DNA of 64,000 nucleotides from Octopus sinensis (taxonomy: Eukaryota). The position numbers and the translations under genes were made by a program. Below the pieces are notes generated by a model. It was not told the origin of the DNA. It worked only from the letters and a program-made list of their open reading frames with translations, and did not search any database. The stretch covers positions 179,676,001 to 179,740,000 of the forward strand of contig NC_042998.1 of assembly GCF_006345805.1 (NCBI RefSeq), in the 5' to 3' direction. Shown piece after piece: positions 52,881 through 64,000 of the stretch; within the stretch, counting starts at the first letter, position 1, and every line of letters begins with the position of its first letter.

Positions 52881-53320
52881 GCGTAGGAGTGGCTGTGTGG
52901 TAAGTAGCTTGTTTACCAACCACATGGTTCCGGGTTCAGTCCCACTGCGTAGCACCTTGGCCAAGTGTCTTCTACTATAACCTCGGGCCGACCAAAGCCT
53001 TGTGAGTGGATTTGGAAGACGGAAACTGAAAGACGCCCTTCGTATATATGTATATATATATATATATGTGTATGTGTGTGTGTGTGTGTGTGTGTATACG
53101 TTTGTGTGTCTGTGTTTGTCCCCCGCCCCCAACATCATTTGACAACCGATACTGGTGTGTTTACGTCCCCATAACTTTAGCGGTTCGGCAAAACAGACCG
53201 ATAGAATAAAGAACAAGGCTTACAAAGAATAAGTCCTGGGGTCGATTTGCTCGACTAAAGGCGGTGCTCCAGCATGGCCACAGTCAAATGACTGAAACAA
53301 GTAAAAGTGGTAAAAGAGTA
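52881..53320 (+). mobile_element. SINE-B, full length, young
   Basis: Complete head-to-tail structure; short flanking direct repeat 'agttcagc'. Confidence 0.93.
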
Positions 53321-53339
53321 AGTTCAGCAAGTTCAGGGG

Positions 53340-53520
53340 AGGGATCTAATCGATTACATTGACCTCAGTAGTCAACTGCTATTATTTTATCAACCTCGAA
53401 AGGATGGAAGGCAAAGTCAACTTCGGTGGAATTTGAACGCAGAGCGTATAGACGGATGGACGAAATGCTGCTAAGCGTTATGCTCGACGTGTTAAAGGTT
53501 CAGCCAGTTCACCGTTCTTA
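53340..53520 (-). mobile_element. SINE-A, diverged
   Basis: 'cgaaaggatggaaggcaaagtcaacttcggtggaatttgaacgcag'. Confidence 0.8.
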
Positions 53521-54495
53521 TAATGGATGAGGATTTTGAGAGAGAGAAGGATGGGGAGAGAGCAAAGATAAATCAAAATTTTAAAGAACGAATAAAAGTC
53601 TACTTCACACGTGTGGTCACACTAACGCTGATTCATTCATTCGTTCATGAAAACACACACGCACACACGCACACACACAAAAACACACACACACACACTC
53701 ACACACGCGCGCGCGCTCGCCATACGCATATATACATTCATTCATATATACATACAACTGTCTTAACAAAAACAAAAAAAAGCCTTGTCACTTTGTCAGA
53801 GGCCGGCTTGAAATCTCAAAGAAAGAAAGAAATACATACATACATACATACATACATACATACATACACACACGCACACATACACACACACACATACATA
53901 CATACATACATACATACATACATACATGCATACATACATACATACATATACACACACACATACACACGCACACACACATACACACATACATACATACATA
54001 CATACATACATACATACATACATAGCCACATTGGTACCAAAAGAGACGGGAGGGATATTTTGCGAGCCTCGGGGACTTCGTGTTTTGAATCAAGTCCTGA
54101 TAGGACCGTCTTATCTTCATGTGTAACTTGGAATTGATATGTAGCAGTAATGTCATTAAAAGTGTGCATGTGAGCGTGTGTGTGTGTGCGTGTGCGTAAG
54201 ATAAATAGATAGATAGAGATCAAGAGGGAGGCGGAGAGAGAGAGAGAGTAACAAAGCTGGTGGTGGCGGTATGGCTGAAACGTTTAAGTATCGGAATAAA
54301 CTTCTAGTGGTTTACTCAAGTCTATGCTTAAATCTCAAATCATCATGGGGTCAGTCTTTGCCTTCCAACCTTTCAGGGGTTGATAAAACAAATGCTATTT
54401 ATAAGCTGCGGTCCTAGGAATATTTAAACGAAATCAATATCGGGGGGAGACAATGGTTTGATATTACAAAATCTTGGGTCAGGAGTTGATATTTA

Positions 54496-54681
54496 CCGTA
54501 TCTTAACGTGTATAAGAGACCCTCGTGTATTAGGAAGCCCCTAACTTTGGGGGCTTAAAATTTAGAAAAAAAAAATGGTTTTGTAAGGGATTATAATACT
54601 ATCCATGTATAAGAAACTCCCGTTTTTTAAAACTAATTTTTGAGAAAAAAAGGTGGGGTCCTTATACACGTTACAACACGG
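54496..54681. mobile_element. Tc1/mariner-superfamily MITE (pogo/Tc2-like CCGT termini), TA TSD
   Basis: ta|ccgtatcttaacgtgtataag ... cttatacacgttacaacacgg|ta, with internal repeats of 'tgtataaga'. Confidence 0.8.
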
Positions 54682-55638
54682 TAAATCTCCCTTTAACTTT
54701 ATATTATTAATTTTGCTCAATTACAGGCGCACGGACATGAAACACGAGTTGCGTCATATAAGTATGCATTCAATAAAGCATATACTTTATAAGATGTAAT
54801 AAGCACTCTTTCACATTTCATCAATGCAATTCATATGTGTGTGTGAGCGAGCGCATGTGTGTTTGTGTGTGTATATGTGTGTGCTTTCCAAATACGTCGT
54901 TTCAGGTTTCGTCGCACCGCATGACACCTTGGGCAAGTGTCTTGCACTAAAAGTCCCAGACCGATCCATAGATTCTGAGGGATTTGGGCAAAGGGAAACT
55001 GTTTTGCCAGCCTATCGTGTCTGCGCGCGTGCGTATATACTTGTATTTGTTTATATACGTATGTTTATCTACATGCATACATTATATATATATATATATG
55101 TATATGTGTGTGTAAATATATATACATTATGTATACATGTGTGTGTGTGTATGTGTGTGTGCCCGTATGTATATTGTAGTGAGCCATTTAATGCTATAAT
55201 TCCCGAGTTAAGCACCGGCTTTAAGATCCCTTTGTAGTTTAATGGAGATCATGACAAACAAATGTAATATAATAGGCCGGGATTTCTTAGGGTGTTTGTC
55301 AAGATCTGAGAGGCCAGTGAGCAGTGATTACTTTGGATATATGGTTCAGAATTTAGCATGCAAGACAGAGACGACCTTCTATGAAACGAAAACATTTATG
55401 AGTAAAAAAACGTTTTTAAACAAAACAAAAACGTTTTTAAACATCTAATTAAATCGCTCAAACTGAGATACCAGATGTTACGAGAAATGAATTTTAATGA
55501 AGAACAGTCTGTATCCCATGAGATATTGTAAAGAAGATAAAGATGAAAAATCTATTTTGAAAATTAAAGATGCAAAATTTATGAGTTTATATATATATTA
55601 TATATATATATATATATATATTATATATGTGGGTGTGG

Positions 55639-55669
<31 letters not shown>

Positions 55670-55671
55670 TG

Positions 55672-55708
<37 letters not shown>

Positions 55709-55849
55709 ATGTATGTATGTATATATGCGTGCGTATGTGTGAGTATGTGTATTTATCTATGACCTTATATATACACACATAGACTCATATACATTTCGTA
55801 TTTCTAAGGTAACAATAAGATGTTTCAAAAGTGTTAGAGAACTGATATA

Positions 55850-56850
55850 TTTAATCAAAGCATGATCCATGTTCGTTTACCCAACGTCTCTCTGTGTCAT
55901 ACATTCCATCTTTAAAAATAAATTCATCTTTTACTGTGATAAACTATCCGAATGCTTCAATTACCCCTTCTCTAGTTAAGAATGTTTCATTGCTTATGAA
56001 GAGTTTAAAATGCTTAACGTAATGACCGTAGGAAAGATATCAGGGAAGTAGGGAGGATGTTGCAAAATCTCATAATTCAGGCTTTGCAACTTTTGGACCG
56101 TAGCTTGAGGAGTGTGAGGACGTGCATTGTCGTGGAACAAAATTGGGGCATCTCTATTGACTAGTCGGGGTTGCTTCTTTTTCAAATTCTCATGCATGCA
56201 GTCAATTTCGTAGCAATACGATTTTGCTGTTACATTTTTCCTTATTGCAAAAATGAATAATAAATAACTCCCATCGCAGACCACCATACAGTGACCACAA
56301 ACATTTTAGGGTGCAATGGTGGGTTTGGGTTAACTCTCCTGCAACTAATCTCTGTTCTGTTCTCCTGCTGTTGTTAAAGAGTATCCATTTCTCGTCACAA
56401 GTAATGATTTGATGCAAAAATGGTCTTTTTCCAGTCGAGAAAGCAATAAGGAGCACACTTCGAGGTGTCTGTTTTTTTTAAATCTCGTTCAGTTGATGTG
56501 GAACAAACCTATCTGTTTTCTTAACTTTTCAAATTTTTTTACGGGTGTCCAAATACAGTTGTGCAAGATGTTCAGAATTCTGATGAAAGCTTTGGAACCT
56601 TTGTTCTCGGATTTTGTTGCATTTAATCATCATGCCGAATAACTGATTTTGGCCTACCCCTTGGTTTATTTTCAAGGGTATCATCTACTAAACGAAAGCT
56701 TTGGAAGAATCTCCGAGCAGTTCTGATGTCAACAAAACCATTACCAAAGACCCGCTTGATATTCCGTAGAGCTTCCAGGGCAGAGTGACCCAGTGTGCAC
56801 TCATATGAGAAAATTATTCAATATAGTTTGGTTGTTATCATTTTTCATAA
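55850..56850 (-). pseudogene. Decayed mariner (DD34D-type) transposase
   Basis: Frameshifted segments in the expected order: N-terminal 'YECTLGHSALEALRNIKRVFG...RTARRFFQSFR...LENKPRGRP' (about 56655-56810), 'FLHQIITCDEKWI' (first D), 'ILFHDNARPH' (second D), 'HPPYFPDIFP' (YSPDLAP motif). TIRs were not confidently found. Confidence 0.92.
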
Positions 56851-57027
56851 GGTCTGTGGGTACAAATTTTGTATACCAATAATGTTCGGAAAGAAAAAGA
56901 GTCAAGATTAAAATGCAAGGTAGGCATAATTGAGTTTTTAAATTACTGAAATATCAGGTAATTAAAAATGCGACATTTCATGTGAAACAACCTAATACAT
57001 ATATATACATATATATACATATATATA

Positions 57028-57071
<44 letters not shown>

Positions 57072-57357
57072 TATATATATATATATACTTACATGTATAT
57101 GTATATATCTGTATATGTATATATATGTGTGTGATTTCCACACCCACACATATAAGGCCATCATAAAAATGACTAGTTATCTTCTAAATTTCTTTTTTAT
57201 GCATTTAATGTTTGACCATTAATTAAAGTTACTTCTGATTTTAATCGAAAACTATAACCGACGGTCTTTGTTGTCAGGAATGACGCAATGAAACAGATAA
57301 TGCAGTGGTTAATTATAGAAAATTGCTCTTAAAGATTATTCGCATATATATACGGTA

Positions 57358-57395
<38 letters not shown>

Positions 57396-57521
57396 GTGTG
57401 TGTCGTGTGTAGTTAGCAAGTCATTTTCACGTTGGACAGACGTGGCCGAAACCTCTTGGCAACGTATTGACTTCAGTATGAATTAGTTCATGTGTATGTG
57501 TGCGCGCGCAAGCACACACAC

Positions 57522-57560
<39 letters not shown>

Positions 57561-58119
57561 TACATACACATAAATAAATACATACACACAGACACACATG
57601 TTACCGTTAGTATGTCTTTGACATATCAAAGACAAACTGAATTTAGTATTCGCATTTTCTATTTGCTGTTGCTGTTTAGTCTCGTATCACCTTCCACTGA
57701 ACAAGTCGACAATTAAAAATGTTCCAATCGTGCCACACACAACGAACACTAGGTCGAATCCAAAGAAAGCTTCTCGTCTGATTAGCAAAGTTCTGCTCAC
57801 AGACACGCTGCAGCGACTTACCCACACATGTGTTTTCTACTATCTGTCTTTTCTACTGTAACTAGTGGTTCCTGTTGGGGTCAGGTCTGTTTCACTCAAG
57901 AAATCCCGACTCATTTCGCCTCTTTTCCTCTCATCGCTCCTCCTGTGTCATTCCTCACTAACCATTAAAGCCAGTTCATATCCTCTAGAATGCTGTCCTT
58001 TAGAGTTTCTCCCTGAAACGCTTTTCCTGAAGCTGTCTTCGTGAAACTATTCCAGAGTCAACGTTCAACATATTTCGCGCAGTGCAAAGAACATTTTGTT
58101 TTCGCTAATGGGAAGGGCA

Positions 58120-58312
58120 CTGCACGGCACTGCTATATTCAATGGCGCACTCTCAGATTTAGAAAATACAGTTTATAAAAAATTTCCTGCAACACATTCT
58201 TGAAGCCTGACTACAATGTCCGTCGCTAAGGAGGTTCACTGGACGGTACTGCCCCTTCACTATTCAATGATGCTCCCTCAGATTTAGAAAATGCATTTAT
58301 AAAAATCTTCCC
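58120..58312. repeat. Diverged direct duplication, about 70-bp unit, offset about 125 bp
   Basis: 'tattcaatg...ctcagatttagaaaat...tttataaaaa' twice. Confidence 0.75.
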
Positions 58313-59359
58313 TCAGTACGAATTAGTCCAACCAGTATATTCTGAGGCATCCTCAGTCTCAAAAGTCTGGCGATAGACTTCAAACGATGTAGAATGCAAA
58401 ATGACACCAGATTATTACTGGTATACGTAGATAACGATTATGACAGGATGAAAGATGTTGATTCGATCGGATTTGAACTTCGAAACAAGAGGGACAAACC
58501 CCTTAAATACTGAAAGTCATTCAATGTGGCATTCAATGCATTCAGCCGTCTACTGCACTAAGTAACAACAAAAAGCATCAAACACGAAAAAGAAAATAAT
58601 ATAGTTTTCAAAAATATGATTGAGTCAATATTTAAGATTGATTCTGTGTGTTTTGTTAGATGAAAGACAAAAAAAAACAAAACAAAAAACAAAACGAAAG
58701 ATCATTCAAAAATGCGTTGAGATTCCAAAGAATCTAAAAGAATACAAAAAGAAAACATTCGAAAATATTTACAAATTTGTTATGAATGCTTAGAGATTAG
58801 ACAACAAACAAACAAATAAATAAATAAATACAACAAATACACAAACAAAAATGAAACATTTAACGATCTGTATCGATTTCTTTTCGTAAGTGATTTTGGA
58901 GAGCAAAAGTTGAGTTCATGATACCCTTCTCCCCAAGGTCTTAAATTAAAGAACAAAATATACATTTCAGTGGAGATTTATAGAATTGATGTATAGCTAG
59001 CTCAATTATATACCAAGCAGACGAAAGTAAATAACTTTAGAGTAAATTTAACAAACAGTATAATATAACTATGTAAATAACTGTCTGAGCAAAAAAAAAA
59101 AACACAAAACAAAAACAAAAACAAAGTAAATGAGAAGGTACGACATAGTCAATAGATATTACATAGTAAAACTATAGAAGCGCAAGTAATACGGTAAGTT
59201 AACTAAGTGAAAATAACGATACTCAATTAATTATACAAATTTCAACTCTTTACCGTTGATCACTGATCTCAAAAATAAATCATGTTTTAGATAATGTATT
59301 TTGACACTGACTGAAATAACCCGCTACCCCCGTCCCCCCAACCCGAAAATTTAGCCCAA

Positions 59360-59910
59360 AGGGAGCAGTGAAGTGGCAGTATCATTAGCTAGTCGGAAAA
59401 TTGTTTTTACATTATTTGTCCTGGCGTTTTTTCAGTCTGAGTTCAAATCCTGCCGAGGTCAACTTTGCCTTTCATCCTTTCGGGTTCGATACAATCGAAT
59501 ACCAATCAAGTGTCGATATAAAAACTAACGTTTAAGCCTCTCTTCTCAAAATTGTCGGTGTTGTGATTAAATCAGAAACCATGTATATAAATGTAGAAGA
59601 TCTAGTTTTTTTTATTCGCAAAATATGCATTTTTTTAAAAGCAAGTAAAAAATCCGAAAATCGGCTATGATAATGTAGCCTTCCAGTCTCATTGCCTTGA
59701 AGGTATAATGTGGAGAAAAAAGTTACAGAGGTTTAAAAATCGAAAAGACTATTAGCGGAGAGGTGTCAATTACGTTCTGAGTTCAAATTTTGCCGAGATC
59801 TACTTTGCTTTTTATACTTTCGGGGTTGATAAAATAAATACCAGTTGAGCTGGGAAGTCGATGCAACCGATTTACATCCTCCCCCAAACTTGCTGGACGT
59901 GTGAAACCAA
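59360..59910 (+). mobile_element. Two diverged SINE-A copies (about 59360-59580 and 59750-59910)
   Basis: 'tctgagttcaaat...gccgag...actttgc' twice. Confidence 0.8.
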
Positions 59911-60079
59911 TATTTCTATAACGCATCGTAGTAGACACAATAAACAGGGAATATCTATGATACTCCCTTGTTAAGGTTGTCTAAAGAATTTCTATAGAAA
60001 CTATGGCAGCACTGATTTTGTTACGACGTTTCGTATCCGAGACACCTGATTTAAAGAACAACGAGATCGAGGATGAACA

Positions 60080-60138
60080 ATGGGTAATGAGCGTATATGC
60101 CTTATTTCGGGAGTTTTTGATCCCTCATCAGCACCCAT
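60080..60138 (-). ncRNA. Hammerhead-ribozyme-like fold with intact CTGATGA and GAAA boxes
   Basis: Reverse complement ATGGGTG-CTGATGA-GGGA-TCAAAAAC-TCCC-GAAA-TAAGGCATATACGCTCA-TT-ACCCAT. Stem II is perfect, stem I has 6 bp with a 1-nt register defect, stem III is imperfect. Confidence 0.6.
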
Positions 60139-60229
60139 CCAACTCATGAACTATTCGTGAACTCATTGCTATTTATTTATAGCCACTAAATATAGCGGTG
60201 TAATATTATTGAATATACCTATTTACTTA

Positions 60230-60453
60230 TTCTTTTCTACTCTAGGCACAAGGCCCTAGATTGTTTTTTTGGTGGAGAGGGGCCCAGTCAATTAGATCGA
60301 CCCCAGTACGCAACCGGTACTTAATTTATCGACCCCGAAAGGATGAAAGGCAGAGTCGAGCTCGGTAGGATTTGAACTCAGAACGTAACGGCAGACGAAA
60401 TACGGCTACGCATTTCGCCCGGCGTGCTAACGTTTCTACCAGCTCGCCGCCTT
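60230..60453 (-). mobile_element. SINE-A variant, full length
   Basis: Tail 'ttcttttctactctaggcacaagg' to head 'ccagctcgccgcctt'; same tail type as 18831-19040. Confidence 0.92.
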
Positions 60454-60953
60454 ATCAATTTGAAGACATTATGAACCTCTTACCCATTTATCTTTTTATT
60501 GATTATTGACTATCAAATATTTAATATTTTGTCGCGTAAACACTTGTATGTGAGTCTTTTACTCCCGTGTAAACCACTAGCTAAGTAATTAACTTCATTA
60601 TATTGACTATTTTGATTAAATTCATTATATTACTCTTAACAGCTTTCTCCCAGTAATTTACAGAAAAATTAAAAGCCTTTCTCTGTGTTAGAAAACGATT
60701 AACAAAAAACCTTTTGTTTATTTGAAAAAAATATCTAATCCCCACGTGTTCTGTAGGGTGGGCTACTGATAGGAGTGTGGTACTTACAATGATTACAAGA
60801 AAACATGTGAAAAGATAAGGGGCATCTGTTCACTATCAGCACTTTGCTAGCCAATTACTGAACGCTTTCAATGACATAGATGACCCAAACCACTTAACAG
60901 AGCACATGAATAACGACGATGATGATGATGATGACAATGACGACGACGACGAC

Positions 60954-60988
<35 letters not shown>

Positions 60989-62400
60989 TAAATTCTTTTA
61001 GTGAAAAAATATCTGATATATTCTCAACTGTTCTGATAGTAATTCATGAATGACATTCGGAGGAAAATTAATTGCTTCTATGAAAATTTAAATAGATTGA
61101 AAAGGAGAGGCTTAGTGTTATGTTAAATAGTTATCTAAAAGGGAAGCGAGAGAGATCTTCAAAAACCACTTAATAATGTCCATCTTCAATTTATTTTCCC
61201 GCGTTCTTCCTTCTACTCCAACTCCTATTTCTATCATATAGTAGGCTCTATCTATTTTTAGTCCTATTTGAAAAATAAACGTCTCCTTTTCACAATTAGC
61301 CCCCTCGTTTTATTGATTTGTCACCTGGTTTAAGACTAATATCCACGCGGCTGGAAGTTGTCACCTATCTGACAGGATATATATATTATAAACTACAATA
61401 AATCTATTATTTGCATGATAGAAAAAACGCGTTGACATCCTCTGTACGCCAAACTTTAGAGCAACTAAACCGCTTTGTGGTTATTCGTTCCATAAAATGC
61501 TTTCAGAATCAAAACGACACTGTTTAACGATTATGTTGAACAGTTTAGTTTTATACACTTAGTTTTGGATACAAAACATTGATTTCTTGAAAAACACTGT
61601 ACAAGGTTAATATATACACACGTACATACATACACACGTACATACATACACACGTATGTATGTATATAATGAGAAAGAGAGAGAGAACAACGAAAATAAG
61701 ACTGGATGATATTCATGCCTTTTTTCGAAGATACTGCCAACGTAAAAGAATTAAAATTGTTATTATAAACAGTATTCCCTGCAATTGCGTTAAAAATTTA
61801 TCGTCTTGATAGCAACGTCTTCTATTTCGGCTCATATAATTTCGAAATATTACGAACTGTTTCCTCACAATGATTTCCAACTAACCAAGTATTTCGCTTG
61901 CTTTTAAAACCATTTTAACAAACGGAAGAAGCTTTCATTACTTCACCTTTTCATTATCTTTCCACCACCCTAAAAAAATCATAAAGACTTGTGTATTTCA
62001 ATTTCAGATAATTGTTGTGCAATTTGGTCACAAATCGTCATTCCAGGAAACATGAACGATGTATTCTTCTTAAAAGTTCTTAAATCAGAATGGCCATTTA
62101 CGCTGAAGAGCCTTATTAAATGACTGGTGTTTTATTAATGTTTAAAGTAATAATATGAGAAGATAATTTTCTTAAGACATTTACAAACATATAATAAATA
62201 CAATCTCACATAAAACTGTGGAACACTCACACAGAATTTTACGCACTTATAATACATACATATACACTGATACAAACTCACACAAACACATAGAGAATAA
62301 CATGTATTCCGCATACAGAATGATATACTCGCAGTTCTTACGCATATTGATACATACACCCCTCGCAAACAGAATTATATATATACACATGTTTATAATA

Positions 62401-62463
<63 letters not shown>

Positions 62464-63473
62464 TGTACACATACATGCTCATAATACACAAACATACACA
62501 CAGATAATCACACCCATGTGCCTTACACACACAAACACTCATATATACATGCGCACGCACATCATCCCTGAATTTATTTTCGAGAAATAGAGACAAACAG
62601 CAATACCGTGTCAATGTCGTTTCTTTTCTATTTCTCTAACATAAATTTTGGGGGAAATGTGTCTTCACTCTTCAATGCCTAACAGTTAACAGGGATGGTG
62701 AGTGGTAAAACAATTCAGCGTCTCGTTTCCAGTTGGGGGGAAAAGTCAATGATAGCAACCCCACCACGTAAACATGGCAACTGCTGACATATTAAGTGTT
62801 TTATTACGACAAATGTCAAAGAATCAGACTAGCTAGAACCATATCAGACTTGCTAAAAAAATCATCAAAGTTTGTATTGATAACAAATTAAAAATAATAA
62901 AAGGAACAGAAAACCGATTAAATAAATACAAAAATCATATACATATACACACACATATATATATATATGTGTGTGTGTGAGAGAGAGAGTGAGAGAAAGA
63001 GAGAGAGAGAGATGGGGCTTCAGGAACGAATTCCAGGATGCAATATTCTATTAACTATGAGAAAATGTCGAAATAATCAAGAAATGGAAGTCTCTAATGT
63101 GGTTGTTATTGTTAAAATGGAAAAATACTTGAGAGAAATTGATTTTTAGAAAATGGTGAAGCGAGTTCAAATTTAATTAATATTAAGGAGAGTAAAAATA
63201 ATCATTATTATAATTCACTCAGGAAGTGGAAGGTTCAGTTAAACGTAAAAAAATATATACATAAATTGAAAATAAAAATGTTAATGGCCAAATCATTACC
63301 GGGAATTAAAAAAAATTGTTATTCAGAAGAGCTATAAAGTAAGAAAGCGCGGAAAAGGCCAAATGGGGAACGTTATAGCATGTGCCTAATTTGTGCACGT
63401 ATACACACACACACACAAATACGCTCACACACACACCCACACAAATACACTCACACACACACACTTTACACAT

Positions 63474-63541
<68 letters not shown>

Positions 63542-63701
63542 TATTTGGAAATGGATGCGTGGCGTTCGATCATATAATAATATAAATAATATATAAATTT
63601 AAGCATATATACATATATGTATTATGCATGTATATATACATATATATATAAGTAGGTATGTACATATATGTATGTATATATGCTATATTTATATATTATT
63701 T

Positions 63702-63746
<45 letters not shown>

Positions 63747-63873
63747 CCTTGTAGTATCGTTTTAAAGCCTGTTCACTGTCTTCGGCTACCTGATGTCATC
63801 AACAGTATTGATATAAATACCAGTGGATTAACTTCAGGAATAAACGAAACGGGGATTAAAGAAAGGGGTACCT

Positions 63874-63937
63874 TTTGTCAAGTCACCTGCGAGGGACCGA
63901 TGCACGATGGATCGAAACGATCGTAGTGATTGATAAA
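63874..63937 (+). ncRNA. Hammerhead-ribozyme-like fold with palindromic stem III; one base missing from the core
   Basis: TTTGTCAA-G-TCAC / GTGA-TTGATAAA stem I, core CTG-CGA (lacks the A of CTGACGA), imperfect stem II, GAAA-CGATCG-TA; lies downstream of a (TA)n tract. Confidence 0.55.
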
Positions 63938-64000
63938 TAGTCTCACGAATTCCATTTGCTTTCTCTCGTGTGTTATATACGCACGCATATGATGTTGGTA

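Noticed and set aside
52611-53216. 201-aa ORF, and recurring peptides such as 'RRASFSFRLPNPLTRLWSARGYSRR' and 'KGKVDLGGI'
   Set aside because: Read-through of SINE-B and SINE-A; recurrence reflects repeat copies, not a gene family.
13-63926. Numerous 60-240 aa ORFs rich in CV, YI, HT, MYVC, LSIY, poly-L/Y/I/K
   Set aside because: They are translations of microsatellites that lack stop codons in some frames; no domain-like sequence.

Overview
AT-rich, repeat-saturated eukaryotic DNA with no recognisable intact protein-coding gene, rRNA, functional tRNA or CRISPR array. It is most likely intronic or intergenic sequence from a coleoid cephalopod (Octopus-like); this is inferred from the SINE families and microsatellite load, not from a database search. 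Almost all ORFs in the supplied track are microsatellite or SINE read-through. The window contains: (i) about 30 copies or fragments of two abundant tRNA-headed SINE families (here SINE-A and SINE-B), plus rarer SINEs; (ii) a decayed mariner transposase; (iii) a decayed L1/Tx1-type reverse transcriptase fragment with an internal 147-bp tandem duplication; (iv) a non-autonomous Helitron; (v) MITEs, one carrying TTAGGG repeats; (vi) dense microsatellites. The most interesting signal is a set of six or seven hammerhead-ribozyme-like folds in several sequence contexts, mostly in short elements in or beside (TA)n tracts, together with long fold-back hairpins. These fit Penelope-like or retrozyme-like retroelement termini. 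Every hammerhead candidate has at least one defect relative to the canonical core or stems, so none can be called active from sequence alone. A second notable pattern is two independent SINE-A dimers with the same junction, one of them bounded by a single target-site duplication (TSD). Coordinates were read by eye and may be off by a few bases, more for old elements.
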